From the NCBI RefSeq assembly GCF_006345805.1, contig NC_042997.1, forward strand, positions 7,998,001-8,062,000: a DNA stretch of 64,000 nucleotides, read 5' to 3'. Source of the stretch: Octopus sinensis (Eukaryota). Below are positions 50,475 to 63,060 of this stretch, in pieces (position 1 is the first letter of the stretch; every line of letters begins with the position of its first letter). Under the pieces are notes generated by a model. It ran no database searches, was not told the DNA's origin, and saw only the letters and a program-made list of their open reading frames with translations. Made by a program: the position numbers and the translations under genes.

Positions 50475-52975
50475 ATATATATATACTTTACAAATTCAAT
50501 TATTGTTGGATCTGTTAAAACTTAATGCGCTCCAGCGAAATTTAGTTTTGTTTCATATTACTAAGCTAACAGTTGTAAAATCAAGTGACATGATCCCAAT
50601 ACGTTAAAACAGCTATGAAATGAATTCCACGGTTATGTATTTAACCGAAATTTATATAGTACAGAAGAATCTTCCAGTTGCTAAGGAGAATTTTCCTTTT
50701 GTCACAAATGACAAACTGACTATGCAGTAATAAATAATTGACCAAATGCAAATGTATTTTTGAAATAAGCGTGATTTCTGCGCGATTAAATTATCATTAT
50801 AGGAACGACTGAAAATTCATATAATGGGATCGATTACATTACGTCTGTTAAATATAAGTTAAAACCTTTGAAAGAGTTTAGTCCAGAGAGGAAGTCTTCT
50901 ACTGTATAGAAGTTATGGGCGAGGAGGCAACTAAAGTTGAATCATGATCTTGGGAGACTTAAGGGAATAGCAGAGAATGTTAGGGCGAGTACTTGGTGAG
51001 AAATAGAATAGATGATGAGATGAAGACGTACCGGAATGTCGGGTACGAATATGTGGGGAAATAAGCAGACGGGTAACCACGAAAGACAGAGCCCATTAAC
51101 GTAATGGAAAATGCAATGCAATAGGTGGCAAGGCAATACTGATGAAAGTGAGTTGCTGTGTTCTTTGCAATCAGTTGGATGATCATAATTTTGGACGTAA
51201 CACCCATTCTGAGTAAATCTGCTAGACTCAATCGTATGTTTATGCATTTTTGTGTGTGTGTGTCTTCTATTTGTATTTGCTCCAACACCACTTAACAAGT
51301 GTTGCTTTGTTTACGTCACTCTTAGTTAGTGCTTTGAAAAAGAATCAATATAATAAATTCGAATTCTCCGTCTAAAATGTTTAAAATGACACCCTATCCA
51401 GTGACTGAAGCAAATAAACGGTAAAGGATTAAAAACAATAATACACAATTACCTGTTTCGACATTGTCTTTCTATTGTAAATTTTGTTTACTTTTAACTT
51501 AATTTCAAAACTTGAAACATTAAAAATCACTTAAATTAGTCTTTCCCTAGATTTAATTTTTTTCTTTTCCTAGATATAAGCTTCATTATGATTATTTCCA
51601 TCTTCGTCATCATTGTTATCTTCGTCATCGTCGTCCTCTTCATCACCCTCTTCCTCCTTTAAATCATCATTATCAGCATAGTTACCAACATCATTATCAA
51701 ACTATAATTCATATCATGTCATTATCAAATATTAATTCCACTGCCATAAGTTCTCGTGCAAAACTAAAATATTAACGTAAATTGATACAATTTTGCTGCA
51801 TTGAGTTACTTAGAAAATAAGATTCTATTTATTAGACTCTTCTTCCTTATTCATTAATCATTTTATGGAATTATCTTAACTTCACCTCCTTGCTGCTCAA
51901 GGGATATCATACTTATGAAATGGAAACCGAGGACATTCTGAAATGTGATGCTGCTAGAAAAAAATTAATACTTTGCCATGTAAACATAAATAGGATGAAA
52001 CATACGATTCAATAGCTGCCTCTGTCTAAAACATAGTTTCAATGAAACTAGAAAAACGAGTAGCAAACAGTGTATAACTCTATCTGATGCATAAGCAAAC
52101 ATCATGACTACAGACTGAGGGAAGATCTAGGAAACCGTGGGTCACGTTTCCAGAACTAAGAACAAAATACAGCGGCTGGCCCACATGGTAGGTCTTACAT
52201 CTGAACATACACTATTGCCACAAAACTTAGGTCAACAAACATCGTAGTGCAAGCATCTTTACAATGTTGGGGATATAAGTGAGGCGAAATAGAAATATAT
52301 AACCTATCATCTGACATTTGAGGAGAAAAAGAAAACAAATTTTTAAAATTTATTTATACTGTTATTCTAATTGCAAAAGAAGTAAACAAATGATTTTGCC
52401 CTTTCTTTAAATTCATGTATACAATACTATTGATCCAAACAACGACGATAGGGTCAAGTGGAAGAGAAAAACAATTTATAACTATTTAAATACTTCGCAC
52501 TATTCTGAAGAGAGACATATAGAGAGCTAGCAAACCTTCCCACGTTTAGGAGAAACGAAAATTGTATGCGACGAATTTTATATTTAACACCAAACTAAGC
52601 AAAGTTGAGACAAAATGGATGAACAAGCTAGTTTTCAATGTTAGACATATAAGTATAAAACAAAATAGTAATATTGTCTATCATCTGAAATTTGATAAGA
52701 AAATTAAATAAAATTAAAAATCCGTGCGAAATAGAAGTGAAAAAGAGATTTTTATCTAGTGCTTAAATTCCTACATACGATATCATTCGGCGAAACTGCA
52801 GCCATAAGACCAAGCAAAAGTGTAAAACAATATATTCATATCTAAATACGTAGCACTTTTCTGAAGAGAAGCAGAGAGAGCCAGCAAGCCTTCCAATGTT
52901 GATGAGAAACAAAAGTTATTATTATTATTATTGCTATTATTATTATTATTATTATTGTTATTATTATTATTATTA

Positions 52976-53086
52976 CTTTTTTTTTTCTTCTTTCAAATTT
53001 GCTTCCATTTCTTGCCGAGTGTCTTGCCGACTCCTAGGCCAAAGAAACTCATAGTATACATTGGTAGGCCATTAAACCAAACTCAG
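52976..53086 (-). mobile_element. 111-bp 3' UTR stub of Dong-like family B inside a (TAA)n array
   Basis: The reverse complement matches 9276-9383 (CTGAGTTTGGTTTAA..CTAGGAGTCGG.AAGACACTCGGCAAGAAA..TTTGAAAGAAGA(n)G). TAA/TTG/TAG repeats flank both sides (52918-53210). Confidence 0.9.
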
Positions 53087-53092
53087 TTATTA

Positions 53093-53166
<74 letters not shown>

Positions 53167-53214
53167 ATTATTATTATTATTAGTAGTAGTAGTAGTAGTA
53201 GTATCATCATCATC

Positions 53215-53630
53215 ATTTTCACCATTTTGTCTAGCTTTACGTTCTGAGTTCAAATTCCGACGAGGTAAAATTTGCGTTTCATCTTTTCAGTGTTGATAAA
53301 AGATGTAACAGTTGTGCACTATGGTCGATGTAATCAACTAGTCTCTTCCCATCAACTGTTTGATTTGAGCCTATAATAGAAAGGACTTTTATCATTAATA
53401 TTACGTTTGACTAATGCAACGAGCTGTGGAATCGTTAGCACGGCGGTCAAGATGTTTAGCGGCATTTCTTCCATCTGTACGTTCACAGTTTATATTCCGT
53501 CGAGGTCGACTTTATCTTTCGTCCTATCGGGGTCAATAAAATAAGTACCATTTCAGGACTGGAGTCAGTGTAGTCGATGTACCCTCCCATGAAATTACTG
53601 GCTTTGTGCCAAAATTTGAAACCAATATTA
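53215..53630 (+). mobile_element. Two tandem CORE-like SINE copies (53215-53390 5'-truncated; 53415-53630 near full length)
   Basis: GTTCTGAGTTCAAATTCCGACGAGG..GGTCGATGTAATC and GAATCGTTAGCACG..GAGGTCGACTTT..GGGGTCAATAAAATAAGTACC. Confidence 0.8.
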
Positions 53631-56600
53631 CATTTGACTACCATATAAGACGTAATTTGATTCTTTTCCTTTTTATGTGCTTATAACAAAAGCATATTAT
53701 CTAAGGTGCGTCAGCCCTCAATAAATACCCAGGGCAGAAAACAAACGTATCTTGCAAAGTTATTTTTTAAATCTAATTAACACACATGAGTGCGAAAAGA
53801 AATACTAGAAATCTTATTAACACACTTTACATTTTACCATCAATATGTCTACCAGAATGGCTAAAATAGATATCAGAACACATAAGTAAATGAGCGAGAA
53901 GAAAAGGAAGATGTGCGGTGTGCAGAGCACTTCTGGTATGTTAATTCGCGGTTCACACTGGTCGCACATTGGCTTATTTTTCATTGTAACAACGGCATTG
54001 TAACAACGGCATTGTAACAACTACGTCGTTAACATCGTTTGTGGAAATGTAGAGTGCGAAAGAGTCGGAGTACGTGGATTTCTCTTCTGTCTCTTAGAGG
54101 TCTTCCCGATCGATGTCATACCATAGACAATGCAATAATTAATGTTTTAAAACCTCTGTAAGCTGAAGCCACTCCAGTACAGTTTTGAAGCTAAGATTAT
54201 AAATAATACTGTTTCTGTATAAATTTATTTTATTAGGATTATGCTGCATGTGTAGGAAGAATCATGAGGCTGAGTAAATGCCTTTTTTAGGATTATGTGG
54301 CTTGTGTGGGAAGAATTATTTGACTGGCTTCTTTCATAGCAGTATTCAGCAATTTTAAAATGCTTATTAGTAAAGTGGCTTACAAATAATGCCAAAGATT
54401 ATCTCTGAAATGTCCATAATCTATTATATTTCAGTACATATGCTTCTTTTCGATGATTGTGGACGTAGAATGACACAGAATTTAAATTTAATGACATTTA
54501 AATTTCGTTGCGTAGGAAGAATGTTACATGATGAAAACTTTGTCTGGTTTGCATATAAACTGTGTGTTGATTAAATGAAGTCTGAAATGTTTCAACAAAG
54601 TTATAATTTTTACTTTACTGTACATGCATATGAGGCGTTGTAATGATTTTTCTTTATATGTGTCTTCTAATTATATAATTTGTATACACGTTTGCTTGTA
54701 TTGGTTATCATGTGATCAGAGCTATCCCATAGAAATGAATTCAATATGTCTGGCTCTTGATTGTAAAACGTCGATTGACAACTATGACAATTAATCCTTA
54801 ACCTACTCTATTTATGGGTGATACTTGTTTTTATTTGATGTAATTTATTACTGATAGCACGGGGTATCTTGGATTTGGTAGGACGGCCTTTTAAATTCCA
54901 TCAGGTTTCTTGATACTTGTTGTACCGTATAGTTAGCTTTGTAGCTATGTCTGGCAAAAGTTGAAGGGTGTAACTTTGGTAAGTGAAGATTTCAAATGCG
55001 GAATACAAACTGAAAATATTGAAAGAAAAAATTTAAGGAAATTAGAATAGAATAAAATGTGAGAAATAAAAGATTAATCGGAATAACAGAATTTTAGACA
55101 CAAATGAAAATTGATGACGGGAAAAAATATAGATGAAATGATAAACGATAAATCAAAATGTCGAATGTAAAGAAAGGAGGAACGAAAATATTTCATTTAT
55201 TTTGTTCGTAACGAATATATAATACTATTAAATTTTTGTCTCAGATTAACTTCTTTTAACTTACCAATTTGTACTTCAACTTCAAGGTGAGAAAAAAAAT
55301 TCGAATTCCTTCATGATATCCCAAACATATTAAGAGCACACTGGAAGTCTTAGGCTCTGAAACAGTTATAAAATCTGTGCACTTCTCTCAGTTCAGTAGA
55401 AACACATTTCCGTTCGGTAGGCACTGCGTGCGTTTGGAAAATGAACGAAGGTAGGTCACAAATTAATTATTCTGAAAATTTCTCTTTGCACTCATTGCCA
55501 TTATACTAAGCCGGAGGGTATAAGGAAAAACAAATTATATATTTTATATAATAATTTGTATAGTATTTTAAATCTGATATATTTAAGAAATAGGTCAGGA
55601 CACGTCTCAACCTCTCCGAAGAATCGAATAAACAGATGACAAGAAATTAAGGGAAAAAGACAAAGAAAGTAGTAAAAGAATTATTATAACTGAATATGAA
55701 GACAGCATTAAGGACGCTATCGATTAGTGATACATCTGTTGTTGAGAGCTGCTTGTTTGATAGTACTCCGAAACACTGGAAGACATACAAGCCTTTTGAT
55801 GTCAAAACAATTATATCAAACGCAGCATTTATCTTCTGCTACTACATGTCACTCCTTCTACCTCGTCACTTTTCCCTTGAATTAATCTCTGCCTTATATT
55901 ATTTTCCCCAAGTTGTTTTACCGCTTTCTGAAATACATAGTTACAATCATACATACAAATACAATAATGCATGAGATAAGTGAGTGATGGTGTATTTTAT
56001 ATGAATAAAACACAAATACAAGCGCGCAAGCACGCACACATAATTATATAAACATACGCGTGTGCCTGCATGTATACATGTATATTACTAAGCAGGTGTA
56101 TTTTTCTATGTAGATATGTGCGTTTATAAAATGCATATATCCTCTGAACTTTCAAAATTTTTCCCTATAATTTATATAGTTATTTTATTAAACATAGTCA
56201 GCAGAGATCTAAATTAAAATAAAACTGAGATATGGAAGATTTGAATAAAAGAAGGAAATAGTATGTATTTGATCTTCACCTTAATTATATTTTAGAGGTT
56301 TCTTAATGACTACAAGGGAAATACTACTTTTATATATATTTTCATTTATATATTCATTGAATTCATTATTTTTTGAAGTTTTCAAAAATTTGTTAATAAA
56401 CAGTAACAAATTTTTCAGTGTTGCACTGAATTTAACTTAAAGGACTTTAAGGTTATTTAGTAGCTTGGCAAAATTTTTATTATTCATTTATTTTACGTTT
56501 CCAAGAGCCGATAATTTTACATTTTGATCAATAATTATATATGACAATATACGTTTTTAATATGAACTTCATTACAGTAGACAGAAAATAATAATTATGT

Positions 56601-56716
56601 GAGCAAAATGCAATTATCTGAGCCATAAAAGTATTTGATGTAGAAACTATCATGCAAGACAATTTTAAGCTAGTAATTATATCAGTAAGCAGTCTTTAAT
56701 TTTGTACAGAAAACGC

Positions 56717-56804
<88 letters not shown>

Positions 56805-57559
56805 GTATATATATATGTATATATATATGTATATATATATGTGTGTGTGTGTGTACGTAGTGTCTGTGTGTGTACATGCATATATATATGAGTGTGTGTA
56901 TATATATATATGTATATATGTATGTATATATAAATATGTATGTATATACATGTGTATATATATATATATGTGTGTGTGTATTTATAATGTGTGGATGTGT
57001 GTATACAAAACATGAGTGTAACATACAGGAATGACTATAAATTTATAATATTATGATACTGGTTTATGAATATGAATTCCCTCTAGTGACACTTTCAAAA
57101 AATATCAACGATGTGCTGAGGGTGATTTGTATATTTGCTGAAACAATGCCTCTCTAGAATTATCCATACAAACTCTCCAAATGCAAGCGACGAAATTTGT
57201 GATGCAAAATTTCAGCGTTAAAATGTAGTTACCGAACTGTTTGGTGCATCTATTTTATGAATTATTTCAAGGATGTGTAGACAAACCATATCAGCTAAAC
57301 ACCAAAGTAATTAGTTTCTTGTTAAAATGTATGCAAGAATGGGTATAGCCATCTAAATAACTCCAACTCAGCTCACAATAACATGTTACTAGATTAAGTT
57401 ATCGAAGAAGGATGATCGTAATAAAAACAGTAAGGAATTTGTGTCGAACAACACAAATTCATTAGTGTTTCTTATTATAATCATAGTGCTTGCTACAAGA
57501 TGTAGTGAGTGAATTTAGCTTTACCTTGAATATTGATTTCAAGTTTTGGTATAATGTCA

Positions 57560-57690
57560 GGAATTTCGGAGGAGGGAGTAAGTCGATTACTGGGGTGAGT
57601 CGATGAAATGGAGCTTGTTTTATCGACCCGGAATGTTCCACTGATTGTATTCACCAGGGCGGTCATGGTCTCCAATTTTGCCACTACTAT
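57560..57690 (-). mobile_element. SINE fragment (CORE-like segment)
   Basis: GTAAGTCGATTAC..GCTTGTTTTATCGACCCGG is the reverse complement of the CORE-like GGGTCGATAAAA..GTAATCGACTTAC segment. Confidence 0.5.
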
Positions 57691-57889
57691 TCCTATTTTA
57701 TTCACAGTGTCAATTCCCTACAGAGTCCATATGCTTCCTTATTCATTTTTTTTTCATTTATTAATTTTCAACTCACACAAAGTAAGGGTAGCTTTCTGTA
57801 AATCAAGAAATAATACAGAAATTATTGCTGCGCAAAATGTTAAAAGATTAAACAGATTCTACTTCAACACGTCTTGTGCCTATCGTTAG

Positions 57890-58268
57890 GCTTTCACTTC
57901 ATACACGCCAGCTCAATTTGAATCGTTCTCAGTCGAAAGACGCCTGTTGTTATTTCCTTTATTCGTAATTGTGTACCATGTTCTCGGTTTTTTTTGTTTA
58001 TTTTTTGTCTTTGTTGCCGAACACATTCGCTAGCTTTCATACCAAAGGTTCTAATGCTCTTAGCTTAGATATTTTGGGGACAGCCTGGTCGAACCATCTC
58101 AAGTGTAACTGCCCGAAATGGCCGGGTCTTCTGGTACTTGACTGATGAGAGAAAGCCAAGAATGACCCGTCTTTTTTGCCTGTCCTTCTAATTGTTGCTT
58201 CTCTTGTCCGCCTCTGTGTCGTCTATCTGTCCGAACGTTTTAATGCCCTCTATTGCGTTGTTTTCCAT

Positions 58269-58272
<4 letters not shown>
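57890..58272 (+). mobile_element. Interspersed tail element 'family Y' (possible PLE 3' end) with a permuted hammerhead-like motif
   Basis: T-rich tail with a structured GC-richer core, ending in (TA)n at 58273. A possible ..PQLN-type ORF end lies near 57905-57920 (weak). Confidence 0.45.
58087..58155 (+). ncRNA. Hammerhead-like motif, non-circularly permuted (pseudoknotted) order
   Basis: CCAU-C-UCAAGUGU-AACUGCCC-GAAA-UGG-CCGGGUCUUCUG-GUACUUGA-CUGAUGA-GAGA. Helix I 58099-58106/58134-58141 has 8 bp, helix III is CCAU/AUGG, the triplet is AUC, and G10.1-C11.1 is present. Confidence 0.65.
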
Positions 58273-58307
<35 letters not shown>

Positions 58308-58422
58308 TAGTGATGGTAAGATAACAAAAGAATGAAAGAAACCTCGATATTATGTAAATAGAGGAATGTATCTATAATATATGTGACAATTATTCGTGGC
58401 CATAATACAACTCATTGAAAGA

Positions 58423-58467
<45 letters not shown>

Positions 58468-58956
58468 TTATGTATAAATCATTTTGTATAGATACTTTTC
58501 TTTTACATTTTAAAAAAAATGTTCTTCATTGGATAAGTGTAATTTACATTTCTTCGTTTTCTCTTTGCATTCTGCGATATTTCACATCTTTGCTACTCCC
58601 AATAAATGAAAAGAGATACGAGGTTTTTGTTTAGTGTTTCTATGGCTTTTTATAATGTAGAATTTTAGCACAATGTGTTTTCATATATATGCATCTATGC
58701 TCAATGAGCCGTCGCACGTGTGCGCGAGACGTAGTCTTTTAAATTACGGAGTGCAATAAGTATCAGAAGAGGCTGCTCGAGTGAGTGCCAATCATTTTTC
58801 CTAAATTGTCGAGTAGCCTTATAAAGCAGCTGATTTGCGTTTGACAGTTTAATGGTCTAAAACCATGGTCATATGTAACGATATTTGTTCTCTTAGCTAA
58901 ATAATTTGAAGCCGATTCGGTTTAACAAATAAGTCAGAAGTCACCGCACACCACTG

Positions 58957-59009
<53 letters not shown>

Positions 59010-59021
59010 AAAGTCGAAGAT

Positions 59022-59150
59022 AGGTGTGTGAACAACAAGCGAGTGTATTAGCTTGACGCTCGGGAAAATGCAGAAGTATTTTACGTTTCTAACCTACGCT
59101 CTTCAACAGAGAGGAATAAGAGAAAATAAGAGCGTATGAAAAAACTTGTA
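59022..59150 (-). mobile_element. Second copy of the 27.7-kb PLE pLTR tail with a decayed minimal hammerhead-like motif
   Basis: Minus strand CTCTCTGTTGAAGAGCGTAGGTTAGAAACGTAAAATACTT..GCTAATACACTCGCTTG.. is homologous to 27726-27850. Confidence 0.75.
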
Positions 59151-59351
59151 GATTTCGGTGGTCCATATATGTATGTATGCATGTATGTATGTATGTATGT
59201 ATGTATGTATGTATGTATGTATGTATGTATGTATGTATGTATGTTTGTATTTATGTATGTAGGAATGCAATAAATATTGTGCGTAGTGTTTAATTAAAAT
59301 AAGTTCGAAATCTTAAACAGAAACGCAAAAAAGGAAGAAACGAAAAGTTAA

Positions 59352-59392
59352 GATACGCGACGAGACGTTTTTCATTCCTCGTCAGTTACCGA
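59352..59392 (-). ncRNA. Degenerate type I hammerhead-like motif (helix II 3' strand missing)
   Basis: Minus strand CUGACGA-GGAAU-GAAAA-ACG-UCU-CGU-C. The core, 3-bp helix III and GUC triplet are present; helices I and II are disrupted. Confidence 0.4.
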
Positions 59393-59716
59393 TCAAAATA
59401 TCCTTACAATTTCACGTCTTTAATGATAATATTGTTCACTTTTGGCGGCGTGAACAACGAGAAACTGCAGAGAATAACCAGCGAAAGAAGAGGTGAGTGG
59501 CAATTACAGACTCGACACAAATGTGAATATACAAGTAAAGTAAGATGAATATAAATATACAACCAAAATAAGGCCGGGAGGTTGTGAGACAGGACGAATA
59601 AATAGGTAACGCAAAAGAAAGAAAAAATGTCATACTCGACTGGAATGAAAAATGGAAAAGATCGAAAACAACTAAAGATGAGAATAAAAACCAACAATGA
59701 ATATCAAACAGCTGTG

Positions 59717-60488
<772 letters not shown>

Positions 60489-60619
60489 TGCAAAGTTTAT
60501 ACTTGATGCAATACAAAGTTTGGGAATAATCACAAATTATTTCTGAACTGACATGCGTCGTTTAAATGAGCATATAAATTTAAAGATGGTGTTTATTACA
60601 AGCGATGTGTTTGAGCCAT

Positions 60620-61660
60620 TGTTGATATTTGCTGTAATTTTTGAAACTGACTGAAAAAAATTTCAGCTCCGCACTGTTATACTCATGTCTTCAAAAACAA
60701 CTTCAACTTTTCTGTTCTGTAAAAATTTTGTCCAAGGAGACTGCCATTCATTTTAACAAAACAGGTGTGATACGCCGGACGCCAGTTCCAAGCCGCCAGT
60801 TTTATGGATGACCAGTACACAGGCTAATATTTCTGTTGTCTGATTTCTTACCAAATTTGCGCGTGAGCACGTATTTTCAGAGGAATATAGATCATTTTAA
60901 AATTTCTTTTCGATCTGTCTCTCCTGATAGCTTCCTAATTCTTTCTGATCGTCTCAATGTTCCACTCTCCTCCTTCTACCTACTATACGCATGTTTCGGA
61001 ATATTTTCTTTGTTATCCGTCTAAACAGACACTATGACTGTCTATCCATCACTGGCTCCTGGACGTCTTGTGTCCTGGAGAATAGATGTGATGCCATTAA
61101 ATTTCTTAAGCATTCGATTTTTTGTTTGTATCATAAACATACGCCTGAATTTCATCACGAGTTATGAAGAGGTCTGAAAACTACCTGTTTTCATTACATG
61201 TTTCAAGCATATCACGGCAGACTTCGGAACGACCCTTCGAATCGAATGTCAACTTCCAATGTACTAATTTAGTGCATATTGTCTATCTGATACCCCAGGT
61301 CAGTTGCCATTTTTTAAAATTCATTTGATTAGTCTTGCTGTGTAGCAAGGTCAAGAATTATGATTTGCTTGTCCACGCGAATAAATTCGTTCATTCCTAG
61401 ACAGAGGTCGATTTGATGGTCAACCAATTTGTTGCTGGACTTTAGCATTCACCTGTTCACACTTTCATTGGAAAAGTGGCATCTCCGGCAAAGACCTGTA
61501 GAATTTTGTGATGTCGGAGAGCTTGTACGTATGTTTCTTCAAAACATGCCGTGTATTTCCGCCTGAGATTCATTATTTGTCTCTAGCAAAGCGGAACGGG
61601 AATCAAAATTCCTATCTGGAAAGTGAGACTTCAACAACATGTGCAAATTTTAAAGCTCTA
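60620..61660 (-). pseudogene. Highly decayed mariner-type transposase
   Basis: Minus strand: FALLETNNESQAEIHG..; RSEVCRDMLETCNENR*FSDLFITRDEIQAYVYDT, similar to the GDE.W.Y.YD catalytic motif. Later segments resemble the HDNA..H and C-terminal regions. Confidence 0.65.
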
Positions 61661-62332
61661 CACCTTTAAAATATATGCCTGTCTTTACATTCTTTCGGGG
61701 CAATTCTTTGTTTTAGCTGAACGTCAAACTAATGCATTCCTTGTGCACGTCCACATGTTATCAGATTTGCTAAATGTATTGTTCTTTTATTTGAATTGAC
61801 TACATATATGTGTGTTTGAGAGAGAGAGAGAGAGTACAATGTGTCTGTGTTTATGCGCGCGCGTGTATACCTAGTTTGATGAAAAACAGAAATAGGTGCA
61901 AGCAGCTGGCGTTAAAGTTTGACTTCAAGCCTAAAACTCCAACGTGAATGAAACTAAAAACGAGGAAATTACCGCTGTATAATGACCATTGGCTATAGGT
62001 ACACTATTAATTGAGCAAATAATAAAATATAAGTGTAAAGAATCATATCATCTGGCATCAGGTTAGATTTGGTATTTATGTCTTTAAACATCAGTATTGA
62101 TCATAAGAAGGAAGGAAGAAGACAGATATGCAGAAAGTCAATAATGGTTGTTTGAAGAAAAGATATGAGGATGGCACATGTTGTGCAAAACAAGTGGTAC
62201 CTAACTATATATCTGCGATCTATTCATCGGAGGAAGAATGAGATACATGTTTAGGTTCTTTCTTCTTATAATCCACACGCATGTAACAAGTCAAGTATCA
62301 TGTTTAAAGATATAAATGTCTATACGTTTATA

Positions 62333-62623
62333 CGGTATGCGTAAGATATTTGAGGACAGAGTTGTGTTTATAAAAAAAACTGATAAATAATAACAGATAA
62401 TAAACTTTATATTAAAAAAATGCTATGAGGATCAACATAAACCTTTATTTTTATATATAATGTTATTCAATAAAGCCACCTTCAGTTTCAGCAACTGCTT
62501 CTATATCAGATCTAAATCGTGTACATGATCGAATCAAGTGGTCCTGGTTCATGTTGGACATTACTCTGACTATGGCAGCTCTCAAAGAATCTTTGGTACT
62601 ATAGGCATATTCATTGACCTCAC

Positions 62624-62666
<43 letters not shown>

Positions 62667-63060
62667 AACGCTCCACATATAATAGTCCAATAGATTGAGA
62701 TCTGGGGAATTAGGAGGCTATATATTAGGAATTATGTGATCGTGAAAATGTTCAACCATCCATTCATGTGTTACTAGAGCCACGTGCGATAGTGCAGAGT
62801 CTTGCTGAAACACATATGGCTTTCCATTGCATACAGTGTCTACATAGTGCTTGACAATTATTGCCAAGAGTTAACTCTAATGCCTTGTGGAAAGAAGTAA
62901 CGAGGCATCACATGTCTTTCATTGTTGACAACCCCTAAAACCATGACAGTTACAGGACGTTTTGTATGCATAAGACTTGAAACTTCAGAAGGCTCTGCAC
63001 ATAACAATCTGTCATTTCTTGTGTTAACTTTTTGATCTAGGACTAGCATAAATAGTAGCC
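62333..63060 (-). pseudogene. Decayed Tc1/mariner-superfamily transposon, probably maT/DD37D, with one TIR
   Basis: VLDQKVNTRNDRLL..HTKRPVTVMVLGVVNNERHVMPRYFFPQGIRVN..; PPNSPDLNLLDYYMWSVVERE..TKDSLRAAIVRVMSNM..IRSCTRFRSDIEAVAETEGGFIE*. A (GA)n has expanded inside the ORF at about 62622-62662. The terminus TA|CGGTATGCGTAAG.. is at 62331-62333. Confidence 0.85.

Noticed and set aside
50880-51130. Possible RTE-like LINE 3' remnant
   Set aside because: Too degraded to recover diagnostic motifs by eye.
53982-54021. 14-bp tandem repeat CATTGTAACAACGG (about 2.8 copies); CRISPR-like spacing considered
   Set aside because: A simple head-to-tail duplication with no spacers, in eukaryotic DNA. No CRISPR, rRNA or true tRNA genes were seen; tRNA-like heads belong to SINEs.
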